DNA of 64,000 nucleotides from Callorhinchus milii (GCF_018977255.1 NW_024704742.1:68822001-68886000), one strand, 5' to 3'; shown: positions 1 through 12,949, counted from the stretch's first letter. Notes: a model not told the origin generated them from the letters alone. A program made the numbers and translations.

Positions 1-389
1 GCCTTGCACACGAGAGGACCCGGATTCAACTCCCAGGCGGGGCGAAACCTTAGGAAAGTTTCTTACTCCACACCCCTCCGTTTTCCTAGGAATAAGTAAG
101 AACTTGGTCGTTAGTTGATTGGCGGATCGCTTTTACGGGAGTAATAATCCCTTCAAGAAAATAATAATAAAAAATAATAATAATAATTTCCTGGGGATAA
201 TAAGCCCTTCAAAAAAAATTTGATCACTCAATCCACGATGTTTGTAGGACATTGCTGTGTGCAATTGGCTGCCATGTTTTGCCGACAAAATATACAGTCA
301 ATTCACTCTACAGTATATTCTGTGAAGCATTATGAGACGTCTCAAAGACACGATGAGGTGCTATATCAAATGTAAGGATTATTATTATT
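1..389 (+). mobile_element. SINE family A (tRNA-Ala head, CORE-like block, Deu 3' part, L2-type tail), head cut by window edge
   Basis: B-box-like GGATTCAACTCC, AAGTTTCTTACTCCACAC block, A-rich linker, tail ...GCTATATCAAATGTAAGG(ATT)n shared with many copies in the window. Confidence 0.9.
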
Positions 390-977
390 GAATTCATGTT
401 TGCTAATGCAGTACACATAACTTTGACCCCTGTCTAGCCTGGCACAGTGGTAGAATGTTGCCTTGTCAAATGTCATTCAGATGAGACGTCAACCAAGATC
501 CCATCTGCCTGTTTAAAGATCTAATGACATGGCAGGATCAGCAGGGACACAATGGGCTGAATGGCTTCCTTTCTTTGCTATAATTTCTATTGTGTCTTTC
601 CTTCTCCCAACGTTACAGGACAACTGTACCAGCAACGTCTCCTGGGAATTTCCAAATGCTTGCGGTCTCTAGGACGTGTTGCTTTACAGTGAGGAATTTA
701 CAAGAAAGGCCGAGGATTTGATCCAGTTGAATGAAGCAGAGACAGGTTGTGCTATTTATTGTGATTGAATGTTCTTCCCTCCCGCTCCAGGGTTTCTTGC
801 ACCTATCTAATTTTGCATCACAAGTTACAGTGTCAGACACAGTCACAATGTCACCTTGGAAACGTTACCAATTACACAGCTTGGAAGGATCCAGTGTTGG
901 AAGTATCACTTCACAAAAGATCATTTGTATATCAAAATACCTCCACCCCCTCAATCTTTGTGACCATACCTTTGGCC

Positions 978-1372
978 AACATACAATGTACAATGCGTAG
1001 GCTGCAGATCATCCAGAACTCGCAGCCTGCGTCTTCTACCATATCAGGCTCCATGACCCTATCACCCACATCATCTCCCAACTCCACTGGATTCTCATCA
1101 CACAGAGGATACAGCTCAAGATTCTGGTCCTCACATTCAAAGCCCTCCATAGCCTTCCTCCCCCTCCCTCTGCAACCTCCTAACCCCCTACCATCCTGCT
1201 TCTGGTCTGCTTCAGAACACTCGCCTCGCCCACCCCACCATTGGCGGGTGGGCCTTCAGCCACTCTACCCCCACTCTCTAGAAACTCCATCCTGGAGTCC
1301 CTCTACCTTGCCCCCTCCCTTGCCTCCTTCAAGACCCGTCTCAAGCCTCTCCTGCTTTCGATCATCCTTTTG
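978..1372 (+). mobile_element. L2 LINE ORF2 C-terminal fragment
   Basis: RLQIIQNS, IQLKILVLTFKAL, IGGWAFS, SFKTRLK motifs across frameshifts; matches other L2 copies here. Confidence 0.88.
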
Positions 1373-1389
1373 TTTTATCTTGTACTGAA

Positions 1390-1695
1390 CAGTAGAAACA
1401 GAGAATATGGCCTGAGATTGAAGAAGGGGGTAAATTCAGAACAAATCTGCGGAAACACTATTTAGTAACTGAGTAATGAATGTATGGAACAGGCTCCCTA
1501 GGGAGATGGTGGAAGCAGAAAGTTTTGTTTGTTTCAAGAACAAATTAGATAGATTTCTGTCAGGAAATAATATCTCGGGATACAGTTTTTAGTTTGGAAC
1601 ACGACATGTCAAGTGACTGCCAGGATGGTGGAAGGCGAACTAAATGGACCTTGGTCTTCTTTCATCTAGCAAATTCTTAAGTACTTATGTTGTTT
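1390..1695 (+). mobile_element. CR1 LINE 3' fragment
   Basis: Decayed CR1 ORF2 C-terminus (LRLKKG, WNRLPREMVEAESFVCFKNKLDRFL). Confidence 0.75.
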
Positions 1696-2079
1696 GATTG
1701 CACTTTTGGTCATCCGAATAATATTGGCCCACCCTGTATTTAAGAAGAAACTTGATACATAATGCGAAAGCAGGGAATAGAGGGGAATGTGAGAGGGGAA
1801 TAGGAGTGGTGGGCGGTTGGTGTGCAATATGTTCACTGATAAGGATTGGGGTGTTCCCATGTTGTATCCTTGCAATTCGGCACCACCTTATATTTTTCAG
1901 TATGTTTGTTAATGTTTGTGTCTCTTCCTGCAGATAGTTGTCTAATTTGTTACATAGCCACAGAGAGGCTTTCAGAAGTCACTTCACTTGTGGCACTTGA
2001 CAGACAGAGAGAGGAGAGAGAGAGACCCTGTTTACACTTATCCCACACCACTACTCAAAAAGAGAAGGGAGGTTCTCCT

Positions 2080-2255
2080 TGTATTCTGGTAGAAATAAGC
2101 ATCAATGTATTTAAGAGGACACTTGATATATAATGAGAGAGAAGGGAATAGAAGGGCATAGGAAAGGGGAATAGGAGGGATGTGTAGCTCATGTGAAGAA
2201 TATTCACTGGCAAGGATTGAGGTGAACGACTTGTTTCCGTGTTGTATCACTCTAT
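2080..2255 (+). mobile_element. CR1 LINE 3' end fragment (related copies ~1730-1870 and ~15540-15620)
   Basis: INVFKRTLDI-type ORF2 end followed by purine-rich 3' UTR. Confidence 0.6.
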
Positions 2256-2429
2256 GTTTTGCTATATATTCACTTGGCAAAATTAAGTCCAGTGCATCCT
2301 ACAGTGAATTATTCCCTGTGATCCCTTCAGCTCAACTCATTTACGAATCAATGGAGTTTCAGCCATGATAACGTTTTGCTCTGTCATTGCCCCATGAGTA
2401 GAATCATTTGTGTATCTCCTCAATAAAAT

Positions 2430-2860
2430 GTCTGTAGCACGCTTGCCTTTGAGTCAGAAGGTTGTTTGTTCAATTAACACGAAGGCACTTTGAACTCACA
2501 CAGTCTAAGCTGATGCTCCAATGCAGTGCTGGGGGTGTATTGCATTGTTGGAGGTGCTGTCCTTCGGATGAGACGATAAACTGTTAAACTGTTCTGGCTG
2601 TTCGGGTGGATGTTAAGATCCCATGGCACTAATCGAAAAGAGAAGGGAGTTTCTCTCTCCCGGTGTCCTGGCCAACAATCCCCCAAATAAAATTGGTCAC
2701 TCATCTCATGGCTGTTTGTGGGACATTGCTGTGCGCAATTGCTGCCGTGTTTTGCCCTTAATAATACAGTCAATTCACTTTACAATATATCCTGTGAAGT
2801 GCTTCGAGACGTTTTGAAGATGCAGTAAGGCACTATATCGAACGCAAAGATTATTATATT
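2430..2860 (+). mobile_element. SINE family B (DeuSINE-type)
   Basis: tRNA-like head GAGTCAGAAGGTTG..GTTCAA, Deu domain GGTGGATGTTAAGATCCCATGGCACTA..GGTGTCCTGGCCAAC..GCTGTTTGTGGGACATTGCTGTGCGCAATT, L2-type tail. Confidence 0.88.
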
Positions 2861-3059
2861 ATATCTTATAAAATCGATCATTTACTTCAAGGCTGTTTGT
2901 TGGGCATTGCTGTATGCAAATTTGGGGCTGAGTTTGCCTTACAAATACACAGTCACTGCACCTCACAGTAAAATCCTGCGAAGCGCTTTGAGACTTCTTG
3001 ATGCGTTATCTCAAATGCGAGGGATGTTATTATATTTTAAGTTGGAGCGCACCTTGCAA

Positions 3060-3470
3060 GCTTGAACAATCAATCGTGGCTAAATGGAATATTTGAGAGG
3101 CAGTGAGAGGAGACAGGCGTCAGAAGCCAATCCATCTTCACAAGGTTTCAGCCGCAGCACGGAGTATTGGCAGGGGCTGAATGTCGTGTGCAGACAGCTC
3201 ATTAATTTGCAGAGAGTTGGCCCATGCATTGAATCTCGCTTCTTGTATCAATATGTCCCCCCAACCGTTATTCCTCAGTCCCAATTAAAGCCATGAAATT
3301 GTGCTGTAATCCCCTATCAATCCATCATGCTGTTATCGTTAATTAATCAGTGTGATCTTCAAATAGGATTCACATGTCGTTTCCTAGACTTTCAACGGAT
3401 TAGCTTGGGCCGTGCCAATCTCATGATGGGATCATGAGTAACTAGTTGCGTGCTCTTTGTAAAGGTCCTA
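3060..3470. promoter_or_regulatory. Candidate conserved non-coding element / enhancer
   Basis: Repeat-free island; PBX-HOX TGATGGATTG (minus, 3318-3327), several TAAT cores; conservation not tested. Confidence 0.4.
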
Positions 3471-3609
3471 TCCTCTTTGTCCCTCGCAGGAACTCTGGAT
3501 TTATTGACTCCAGTGAAATATATAAGGGGTTAAAATGCAACATTTGACATTATCAGGCAAGCACATCAGCCAAACAATGCGGTCAAAATGCAGTCAGTAG
3601 ATATTACTG

Positions 3610-3752
3610 GACTTGCCAATTGACTGACCACCAAGTTCCTACTTGCTGCTCGGTAAACAGAGTACGGAAACTTGCCTGCAGTTTCTCCCTGCCTGGGAAT
3701 TGAACCCTGGTCCTCTTGCTTGGAAGGCAAGTGCTCTAACCAGTATGCTCCA
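3610..3752 (-). mobile_element. SINE family A head fragment
   Basis: Reverse complement of tRNA head and CORE-like block. Confidence 0.8.
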
Positions 3753-4177
3753 TGTATAAGTGTCAATTGTATTGTATCATTGTTTTATAAGGTACTTTGA
3801 GGAATTTATTACCGTGTGAAAGGACATGTGAAAGGCAAGTTATTATTATTTATCTCTCCCAGCAGTTTGTGCAACTGGTGTGATTCAGGAGGGCAAGGCA
3901 CGTTTCCCTTTGATCTGAAGAATTAATTTGGTTGCACAATTAAGTGTTCCAGTGGTTGCCCTTCAACTAAAGCCTGAATAAGCATTTGAAAAATCTCAGA
4001 TGAACATAATGTGAGTATGACCTTGGAAGCTGGCAACACAGAATACAGTCAATCCCCTTTACAACATATTCTGTGAAGAGCTTTGATGCGTATCAATGAC
4101 GTGATCAGGTGCTATATCAAATGCAAGGATTGTTATTATTATTATTAACACAACACCCTGACTAATCGTTGGCTAAA

Positions 4178-4492
4178 TAATAATCCTTGCATTTGCGGCA
4201 ATGCCTTTCACATCAGCAGAACGTTTCAAAGTGCTTCATGGGATTTATTGTAAAGTGTAGTGACTGTGTATTTATTTAACCAAACAATTATGAAGGGATT
4301 TACCATTTTTTTTATTTAGGGGGTTGTCAGCCAGGACACCGGGAGAAACTCCCTTCTCTTTTCAAATAGTGCCGTGGGAATCCTTAACATCCACCCAAAC
4401 AGGCAGACAGGACCTCGGTTTAGCGTCTCATCCGAAAGATGGCACTTCTGACAATGAGGTGCTCTCACTGTCCAGCACTGGAGTGTTAACCG
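4178..4492 (-). mobile_element. SINE family B (DeuSINE-type)
   Basis: Reverse complement of Deu domain and tail. Confidence 0.82.
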
Positions 4493-4664
4493 TGCCACAT
4501 GTGCTACATAAATTGCAAAAGTTGGTTAAACTCTAGTACATTCTAGGGTCCTCATGCCTTAGCTCTCGTCAACTTGTGCCAAATACTCCCTACAATTAGG
4601 TAAGTGGGGTGCATCCCTCCAGGGAGAGTGTGTGTATCCCTTTCCAGACACAGGTGTAGGTGGA

Positions 4665-4736
4665 ATATATATAATAATAATCCTTACATTTTGGCAATAT
4701 TTTTTGACAAAATGTAAGGATTATTATTATATATAT
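4665..4736. repeat. Perfect 29-bp inverted repeat made of SINE tail sequence, 14-nt spacer
   Basis: ATATATATAATAATAATCCTTACATTTTG (4665-4693) and its exact reverse complement (4708-4736). Confidence 0.95.
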
Positions 4737-5610
4737 ATACATTTTGACACAGATTCTTTCACATCGGGAGGACGTCTCACAACGCTTCACAAGCTATTCT
4801 GTAAAGTGGAGTGACTGTATTAACTTAAGTAGCAAACTCAGAAGCCAATTTGCACACAGCAAAATCCCTTCAAACAGCTAAGAAGTGAACGACGGACTTT
4901 ATCTGGGGGATTGTTGCTGTGGAACTCTTAGTTCTGGTTCCGATAATCGTAGGCATGCTGATGGAAACAAAATGGCATTTTTAAATGATTCAAACATATT
5001 GATGCGCGGCTGCTATATCTGTACATATCAAAGTTCAATTATTTTCTTGCTTAGCATGCATGAGTGGAAGAGTTAGTGACATGATCATCTGTATTAAGTA
5101 ATCCAAGTCATGGGCAATTTCTCTTTAACTAATGCTCTGGATTTTATATGCACGAAAAGTCATCAGATATCTGCAAGGAATAGGTACCCATGGCAATAGA
5201 TACTGTTGGCCCCAGCGCCTCTCATGCATTAAACCCAGCCACAGACCAGCACTTCCAACCACGTCAGTGTGACATTCCCATTTCCTGAGCCAGCCATCCG
5301 TGTGCTCTCTCTCAATGAGGGTAGTGGTTTAATTCTGAAATATAGCCAGTGTGGGCTCTGGGCTCAGGCCCACTGGGAGCTGGGTGAGATTGCCCGCGGC
5401 TTTTCAGGTCAGGGCCACCCGCATTGGACTGTTTAAGAGGAAGGGGGCATTTACTCCCCTGGTGTGTGTGTGTGTGTGTGTGTGGGGAGGAGGCATTCAA
5501 CCTGATTCAGGATGTTGAGCTAAATATCTATGTACCTTGAATTCCCTGGCATGAGCTGTGTGGATGAAGCAACATATAATGTGGTTGCAGCATAATTTAA
5601 ATGATAAACG

Positions 5611-5990
5611 TAGTCCCGTAGTGTAGTAATTAGCGCGGTCGCCTCGCAACTGAGAGGACTCGGGTTCGATTTTCCCGGGCAAGGAGAAACCTTAGGCAAG
5701 TTTCCTTACTCCACATGCTGCTGTTTACCTAGCAGTACGTAGGAAGCTTGTTGTTAGTCGATTGGCGGCTCGCTTGCTGGGGATAATATCCCTCCAAAAA
5801 AATAATGATTTGGTCACTTAATTCACGTCTGTTTGTGGGACACTGCTGTGTGCAATTGGTTGCCAAGGTTCACCCACAAAATATGCAGTCTAGTCACTTT
5901 ACACTATATTCTGTGAAGTGTTTTGAGGCGTCTTAACGATGTGATATGGTGCTATATCAAATCCAAGGATTATTATTACTATTATTATAA
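5611..5990 (+). mobile_element. SINE family A, full length (old subfamily)
   Basis: A/B-box tRNA head, CORE-like block, Deu 3' part, (ATT)n end. Confidence 0.9.
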
Positions 5991-6784
5991 TTGGGGAAGC
6001 AATGCATTGAGGCCTCTGAGATAGAGCTGTGAATGTTAACGTATATTGGGATCATCAGCAATGTACAACAACAACAACATAATTACATTTGCATAGCGCC
6101 TTTTATGTCGGGAGGACACTGCAAGCTGCTGGACAATTGGGGTTTTGGACCCGGTCCTCCCCCAACTCCGAGGCAACAAGCGGAGAGCTGATGAACACAG
6201 TAGTCAACAATCTGTGTGCCGCTCACTTGCACTGCCCGACAGAGTGTACGTGAATCCATATCTCAGGGCTGCACAGTTTGATGTTAGCACTGATAGTTAA
6301 TTGTAACTGTGACGGCTGTTTAGTGAGGACGAGATGTTAAACGAATGACCAGGTAATTATAGACTGAGCAGAATCAATGAATAGGCGACCAGTGCAGTAC
6401 TGGGAATATTTTCTGAACTGGCGGCTTTCCATCAATTGGAGCGTCATTGATTTGGTTTTATTTTCTCTCCACAGGGAACCCTTCAAGTAAATTACAGTGT
6501 GTATTCACACAGCACCTTTTGTGTCGGGAGGATCTCTCAATCCGCTTGACATAGCTGGGCACCTGAGCTGGGTGTAGGAGCTGGGAGAGTGGAGAGGAGA
6601 AAGATGACTGAAAGTACAGTCAAAAAGGTACATTTACGTTTAGCTCAACCTCATTAGATCAGCTTGGTTATGTGAGGCCACAAAATATAGTCAATTCACT
6701 TTACAGTATATTCTGTGAAGCGCTTTGAGATGTCTCAACGATGTGATAAGGAGCAATATCAAATGCAAGGATTATTATTATAAC

Positions 6785-7100
6785 AATCTTTACATTTGGC
6801 ATTCCACCTCCCACATCTGGAGGCCTTCCCAAAGTGCTTCACAGGATTTACTGTAAAGTGCAGTAACTGTGTGTTTAATGGTTGTGCCCAGTAGTATCCC
6901 ACAAATTGCCATGGAGTGAATGACCAATTTTATTTGTGGGATTGTTGGCCAGGAAACTGGAAGAGAGAAACTACTTTCTCTTGTTGAATAGTGCCATGGG
7001 ATCTTTAACTTCCACCTGAACAGGCAGATTGGACCTCGATTTAACATCTCATCTGAAGGTCAGCACCTACAGCACTGACAGGAGCGTCATTGTAGACTAC
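6785..7100 (-). mobile_element. SINE family B
   Basis: Reverse-complement Deu domain. Confidence 0.8.
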
Positions 7101-7489
7101 AGTGGAAGCTCTTTAACCCGGCTCCATTCAGCCACAAGCAGATCCCAGATGGAGGTGGGAGGAGTTAAATTGTGATTGATTGACACTGCACTCCAGCCCA
7201 TCACAAGCGCCTCTGGGCTATCAATCAGTGCTAAATAAACAGAGGAATGTGGAGTAAGGAAATTTGACTAACATTTCGCCCCGCCCAGAAATTGAACCCA
7301 GGTCCTCTCGTTTGCGAGGCGAGTGCTCTAAAAAATATGCTACAGGTCTCCACAGTAAAGGAAAAGGGACATGAAAACAGCCTCAGGCAATGAGGAAGAA
7401 TTGAGAAAATAAGAGAAGAAAAATTGTTGGAGAGAAATAAAGAGAGGGGAAACATTCAACAAATGCAGCATTGCTGATGCAAAGTAAGG

Positions 7490-7760
7490 TCTGTACAAAG
7501 TTTAATATAATGAGAAGTAATTGCAAATATACTGTGCCATTAATCCATCATTAAATATAAATGTCACCAAGGCTATTTTGTGATTTTTAATAATCATCTG
7601 CATTGTGAGGCTTTGCAAATAACCTCGAGCAATCCATTACACAGATAGCAGAGTCATTGCAAAGCGAAATTAATTCTTCTCTGTCTGCTGTGATTAGCCA
7701 CTGTGACAAAGCTGCCGCTCAGTTAAAAGGTGCAGAGCCCATGCTAGGAGATCAGGGTAG
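7490..7760. promoter_or_regulatory. Candidate conserved non-coding element / enhancer
   Basis: Unique AT-rich island; PBX-HOX TGATGGATTA (minus, 7541-7550), TGACAA, many TAAT cores. Confidence 0.42.
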
Positions 7761-8231
7761 TTAGGTTAAGTATCCCACGAATAAACTCAGAAAAGGTCAT
7801 CTCTGATACTTCAAAATGATCCCTGCAAAGCAGGAGTCCAGCTGTCCTGTAAAGATACTCCCACCACATGAAGGCAACTATACGTCAGAGATGCCGATAG
7901 GAAACTCTGAGGCTTGGGGCCACAGCTGCTGGAAGGCGTTACAACAACAACAACAACTTGCATTTTATAGTATCCTTTCCATTCGGTAGCATCTCGGAGG
8001 GGTCATCTGGAGTTCAGGTTTGTGAACACATGTTCATACATCCAGTGCCTGGAATCCAGCAGCTGCTGCTTAATCTCCGCACCTCCAACTGGTGAAACCA
8101 TCACTCAATGGGAAGGGACATGTGTCTGAGCTGTGCACAGGAAGAAGGTGGCAATGCTCTCACGCATTTCATGCTGAGCCGTATTGTCCACCAGGAAGCT
8201 CAAAGAATTCACCTAGTCATGGCTCAAACTT

Positions 8232-8805
8232 GTGGTTGTCGGATGTCAAATGACCATCTAGTGACTATCCTCCTTGGGGGAGGGGGAAAGTAAGCAGGGT
8301 GTCCTTGGAGCTGAGCTGACTCAAAAGTGATCGACAAGTGGGTGTGCAGTACTACAAGGCCAGACTGGCTGATTGGCAGAAGTTGGAGGGGCAGACTGGT
8401 CGCTGGGGGCAAGGGATTCTTCACACTCAGCTCCTGCAAGCCAAAGCCAAATCACCGGTAAGGTCATCCTAGGGTGGACAAGCTTGTCTATCTTAGGGTC
8501 ACCTTACTAGTGATTTGGCTTGCCAGGCAGTTTTAGATGGTTACACTCCCGGAGTTCCCCAGCGCACTCTGGGGTAAGAGTGGCTTCTGTGGGAACTCTG
8601 GGGTTCCCAAGACTTGCTAACCTGTGCCTAATATTGTCTGGAACTGGGTGAGTGAGATGCGTCCCTCCTGGGGAGAGAGTGTACATTCCTTTCTAAACGC
8701 AGAGAGATTTCCATGTGGGATGCAAGGGAACTCTCAGTCTGGTTTGGATAATCTTTAGCATGGTGATGGGTATCTGCATGTGTCAGACACCTGACTGACC
8801 AAAGA
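8232..8805 (-). mobile_element. Unclassified element X, diverged, probably near full length
   Basis: Colinear with copies at 47736-48222 and 58975-59475; ends GTCAGACACCTGACTGACCAAA. Confidence 0.65.
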
Positions 8806-9051
8806 ACTCTCCTCAACCTTCGCTGTTCCAAAGAAAATAGTCTAGTCTCTGATCGTAAATCTCCAGTTATTATGGCACTGACATCCTCCTTAAATTGTTG
8901 TGGGATCTTTATCATCAACCTAAACAGACAGCCAAGTACTTGATTTAATTTCTCATCTGAAGGAAGGCACCTTTACAATCTAGCGCTCGCCCAACTCTGC
9001 AATGTAGGGTTAGTCAATGTAGAAGCCCTGATTTAGGGCTTCTACTCCAAA

Positions 9052-9445
9052 GTGTCAGCCTGACTCAGTCAGAAGCACTCTAGTCTCTTAGACAGAAGGT
9101 TGTGGATTCAAGTCTCACATTGGGATTTTGAACTCACAGTTTGGGCTGACACTCCAATACAAGGCTGGGGGGAGCGTTCCATTTTCAGAGATGCCAACCC
9201 TGTGAGGAGATGTAAAACCGAAGTCTTGTCTGCCTAGGTGGATGTTATAGATCCCATGGATTCTCTCTTTACCCTGGTCAACAATCCCTCAAATATTTTT
9301 TTTAAAATGGTTATTCACTTCATGGCTGTTTGTGAGATACTGCGGATTGACTGCTGCATTATCTTAGAAACACACAGTCTCTACATGTTTTCCTGTGAGG
9401 CGCTTTGAGACGCCTTGATGATGTGATAAGGCACTGTATCAAAGG
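9052..9445 (+). mobile_element. SINE family B, full length
   Basis: Head GTGTCAGCCTGACTCAG..GGATTCAAGTC, Deu domain, tail. Confidence 0.82.
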
Positions 9446-9569
9446 GGGATAAAAAAAACTTTTGACCCAGAGGTGAAAGTGCCACAAACTGAACCAAGCT
9501 GATACCTGGACGGGGGTTTCCAAAGTTTTGCAAACCCGCCACACTTTCATTGATTTTCTATGACCACAG

Positions 9570-9850
9570 TAGAAGGAACTCCCAAGGTGCCGGACGGTTA
9601 AGGTTTTGGACCCGAGCAAGGGGTTGGGATCAGGAGGGGTGGAGGGCAGGGAGGGTAGGAGTAGGAGGGTGACCAAAGGCACGATCGAAGAGGAGGGTCC
9701 TGAGACCTGCCTTGATGGAGGCAAGGGCGGGAGTGAGGCAAAGGCACTGTGGAATGGAATTCCAAAGTGGGGGCAGAGAAGTTGAAGGTCCTACCACTAA
9801 TGGTGGGGAGGGCTGGACGGGGGACATGGAGCAGGCCAGAATCTGTTGAG
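9570..9850 (-). mobile_element. L2 LINE 3' fragment
   Basis: LWNSIPQCLCL..ASIKAGLRTLLFDRAF on minus strand plus 3' UTR. Confidence 0.82.
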
Positions 9851-10175
9851 TGGGTTCAATCCTGGGCAGAGCGAAACCTTAAGCAAATTTCCTTACTCCA
9901 CACACCTTTGTTTACCTACCAGTAAATAGGAACCTTAATTAGAAATTAGAACTGGTTGTTAGTTGATTGGTGGATCGCTTTTCCGGGGGTAATAATCCTT
10001 TCAAAAATAAATAAATAATTTGGTCACTCAATCCACAACTGTTTGTGGGGCAACTATCTGCCGCGATTCGCCCACAAAACACACAGTCAATTCACTTTAC
10101 AGTAAATTCTGTGAAGCGCTTTCAGACATCGCAATGACATGATAAGGTGCTATATCAAATGCAAGGATTATTATA
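9850..10175 (+). mobile_element. SINE family A, 5' truncated
   Basis: B box through tail. Confidence 0.85.
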
Positions 10176-10576
10176 ACGAGGCACGGAATAAAACAGGCAT
10201 TTAACATCACCACAGTTTTATTACTGCTTTCAATCTGCCAAGCAAATGAAATCACATTAACATAGATGTTTTCCTGGTCAGACACAGCTATCAAGTGAAG
10301 GCATTTTATTGAAATAAGTCAGTCTGTGTGTCAGTTCACCAAGTACTGCAGTTTATACAGACATTTCAAACCACTTCACAGAATATACTGTAAAATGAAT
10401 TGACTATATGTTTTGTGAGCAAAGCACGGCAGCAAATTACGCACAACATAAACAATCATGGATTGAGTTAACACATTTTTTAGTAATAAGGCTTGCATTT
10501 GATACAGGGACTTTCACGTGAGCTTTCAAAATGCTTCACAGGATTCACTGTGAAATGTAGTGACTGTGTGCTTGTA

Positions 10577-11317
10577 CAACACAATACAAGATTACATATA
10601 TATAGCGACTTTCACTTTGGGAGAACATCCCAAGGCAATGGACAATCAGGGATTTGGACTTTTTGGACTCATGCTGGGGGTCAGGATCATGAAGGGTGGA
10701 GCGTAGGAGTGTGGTCGAAGGCTCGACGTCAATGGTGGGTCAGGCCAGGTGGGGGTTGTTGAGAAGGCCATAGCCTGCTGAGCGGAGGGAGGAGATAGGT
10801 TGCTATGGGGTCACCAGGTCGCAGAGGTAGGGAGGAGCAAGGCTGTGGAGGGCCTTGAAGGCAAGGATGAGGATTTTGATTTCTATCCTCTGAGGGATGG
10901 GGAGCCAGTGGAGTCGGGTGAGGGTGGGGGCAATGGGGTCATGGAGCCAGGTGTGTGAGAGGACACGAGCTACAGAGTTTTGGATGATCTGCAGCTTGTG
11001 GAAGGAAGAGTTGGGAGGCCGACAAGCAGGGAGTTGGCATAGTTGAGCCTAGGTGTGATGAATGTGTGGGTGAGGGTTTCGGTAACTTGAGGGATGAGGC
11101 AGTGGTGGAGTCGGGTGATGTTGCAGAGCTGGGGGAAGACAGAGCGGATCATGGCATGGATGTGCGGTAGAAAGGATAGTTGAGGGTCAAACAAGACCCC
11201 AAGGTTCCGGACTGGCTTAGTAAGATGGAGTGTGCAACCATGGATGGTGATGTTGTCAGCGCCTGAGGTGTGGAGGCGCTGATGGGAGCCGATCAGGAGG
11301 GCCTCGGTCTTGGAGGT
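10577..11317 (-). mobile_element. L2 LINE 3' fragment
   Basis: [40 protein letters not shown] (ORF 10970-11410) and 3' UTR/tail. Confidence 0.92.
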
Positions 11318-11424
11318 TAAAGTACTGCAGTACCAGTTACTGTCAAGTGTAGTGAGTGGTTTTGTTAGCAAACGTGGCAGATATTTTGTGCATTGTAATG
11401 TCCCGTGCATTTAAGAGGAAGCTT

Positions 11425-11899
11425 CATGCATCCCACCAACACATGGAAATCCCAGAGATAGATTGTTGGAATGGAATGTACACACTCTCTCCCTGGAGGG
11501 ACACATCCTGATTACCTAATTCTGGGAAGTATTAGGCGCAGGTCAGCAAGAGTCAAGACTTGGGGACCCCAGAGTGTGTGACGGAGTAACTGCTGGAACC
11601 TAACCAGCTAAAACCACATAGCTTGCCATTGAGAGCACTGTCTGGCAAGCTTTCCCGCTGCTTGTTCAGCTCAGACCACGGTAGCCGTTAGGATTTTGGC
11701 TTGCAGGGATAAGAGGAGCTGAGTGGGATGATTCCCTGCCCCGAGTGACTGGTTTACCCTTCCAAGTTCTGCTGATGAGCCAGAATGGGCTGTGCTGTCA
11801 TCAACAGTGCCCTGAAATACTGCGGTTCCGCCTGGCTCAGGAACTGGATTGGAGACCACCACAGAAGGTTGGCTCGATTCTGACATTCCGTTGCCAAAC
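11425..11899 (+). mobile_element. Unclassified element X (lacks hairpin end)
   Basis: Core GGGGACCCCAGAGTGTG..AACCAGCTAAAACC..GGCTTGCAGGG; terminus TTCTGACATTCCGTTGCCAAA. Confidence 0.85.
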
Positions 11900-12544
11900 A
11901 TATCACCTTGGAAGAAACTGTTTCTTAAATGAATCCCAGTGTCCTGGCCTCAACCACCCTTCCTGGTAACCTGTTTGAGTCGTTAATTATACTCTGGGTA
12001 AAGAAAAACATTCTGGTGTCACCTCTCTTTCCTCCCTGACTTAGAGTCAAATCATGTCATTGTTCAGTGTTCTGCGATGTTAACCCACGTGAAGGGCATA
12101 TGGGGTGGGTGAAAATATCGTTGGGGTGTGAGGGCTGAGTAAGCCTTAGTTAAAGCATTAATTTGCTTTAAGATAGGTGAGCCTTCAGTTTAACTGACAG
12201 TTCTACTGGCCAATCAGAGGTGAGGGTGCTCCGAACCACGGCTGGCCAGACCAGAAGTGGCCAGGCACCACCAACGAGTTGGGAGAGAGACAAATTTGGG
12301 CTCACTGGTGCCAGGGGTTGGGTCTACTTGGAGGACTAGCTGTGGTCCTCCTCAGGGTTCAGGGCTTCTCTCTCCCAGCTTCTCTTGGAGCTAGATTGGC
12401 GGGGTAGGGGGTGGGCTGAGCCCGCTCGAGTCTGACCAAGATGGAGGTGATTGGGGTATGGAGTTTGGTACAAGTGAAGATATGGGCGGTGGAGTTTTGA
12501 ATCAATTGGATTTTGGAGATGAGTTAATAATGATAAAAATAATA

Positions 12545-12892
12545 ATATTAATAATAATGATCCTTGTATTTGATATAGCACCTTTTTGTGTCATTGATAT
12601 GTCTCAAAGTGCTTCATATTATAAAATGAATTGACTGTGTACCTTGGGGTGAAATCCAGCAGCCAATTGCGCACAAACAGCCATGGATTGAATAACCAAA
12701 TATCTTTTTGGGGAGAGAATATTACCCCTCGAAATCGATCTGCCAACCAACTAACAACTAGGTTCCTATTTGCTCCTTGGTAAACAAAGGCGTGTGGAAT
12801 AAGGAAACTTGCTAAGGTTTTGAGCCACTTGGAAATCGAACCCAGGTCCTCTCGCTTGAGAGACAAGTGCTCTAACCAATACGCTACAGGAG
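12545..12892 (-). mobile_element. SINE family A
   Basis: Full reverse-complement match. Confidence 0.88.
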
Positions 12893-12949
12893 TTGAGAGG
12901 AAGAGAGCGTTTGAGAGAAGTGCTTTTCATCAGGGAATATTGAGCCCTC

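Noticed and set aside
765..1388. Longest ORF in the track (207 aa)
   Set aside because: Chance fusion of unrecognised sequence with a mostly out-of-frame L2 fragment
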